A stretch of DNA of 64,000 nucleotides from Podarcis gaigeae (Eukaryota): NCBI GenBank assembly GCA_964106915.2, contig OZ066927.1; one strand, written 5' to 3'. The notes beneath the pieces were generated by a model that was not told where the DNA came from, did no database searches, and was given only the letters and a program-made list of their open reading frames with translations. Of this stretch, positions 63,837 to 64,000 are shown piece by piece. Numbering within the stretch: position 1 is the stretch's first letter; every line of letters starts with the position of its first letter. The position numbers and the translations under genes were made by a program.

Positions 63837-64000
63837 CCCCAGCGGGAAGCCAGCAAGCAGGACCCAACTGCAGCATCAGCAGTGATCTCCCCACCTATGA
63901 TTCCCAGCAACTGGCAGGTCAGGCACATATTGCCTGTGACAGTGGGGTCAGAACATATCAGTGGCTCCAACCTCACTCATTTAACTTTCCCAGGATAGTC

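Overview
Eukaryotic (vertebrate) DNA, most likely from a lacertid lizard, judged from two Sauria/Squam1-type SINEs and other squamate repeats. The window is gene-dense, and spliced gene models were rebuilt by hand from splice sites and reading phase. Order: FURIN (-, only 5' exons and promoter), MFAP1 (+, 9 exons), HYPK (-, 4), SERINC4 (+, 12), SERF2 (-, 3), an FKBP8-like paralogue (-, about 8 coding exons), ELL3 (+, 12), PDIA3 (-, last 6 exons). Best leads: (1) an intact FKBP38/FKBP8 paralogue, head-to-head with ELL3, with no counterpart I know of at the human locus and apparently lacking the C-terminal membrane anchor; (2) a minimal hammerhead ribozyme inside a Penelope-like element with a 12-bp target duplication; (3) a tandemly duplicated splice donor in SERINC4 that would give an NMD-escaping truncated protein; (4) an obligatory GC-AG intron in MFAP1; (5) FURIN lying directly beside the MFAP1-PDIA3 block. 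Gene identities and repeat family names come from recalled sequences, not database searches.
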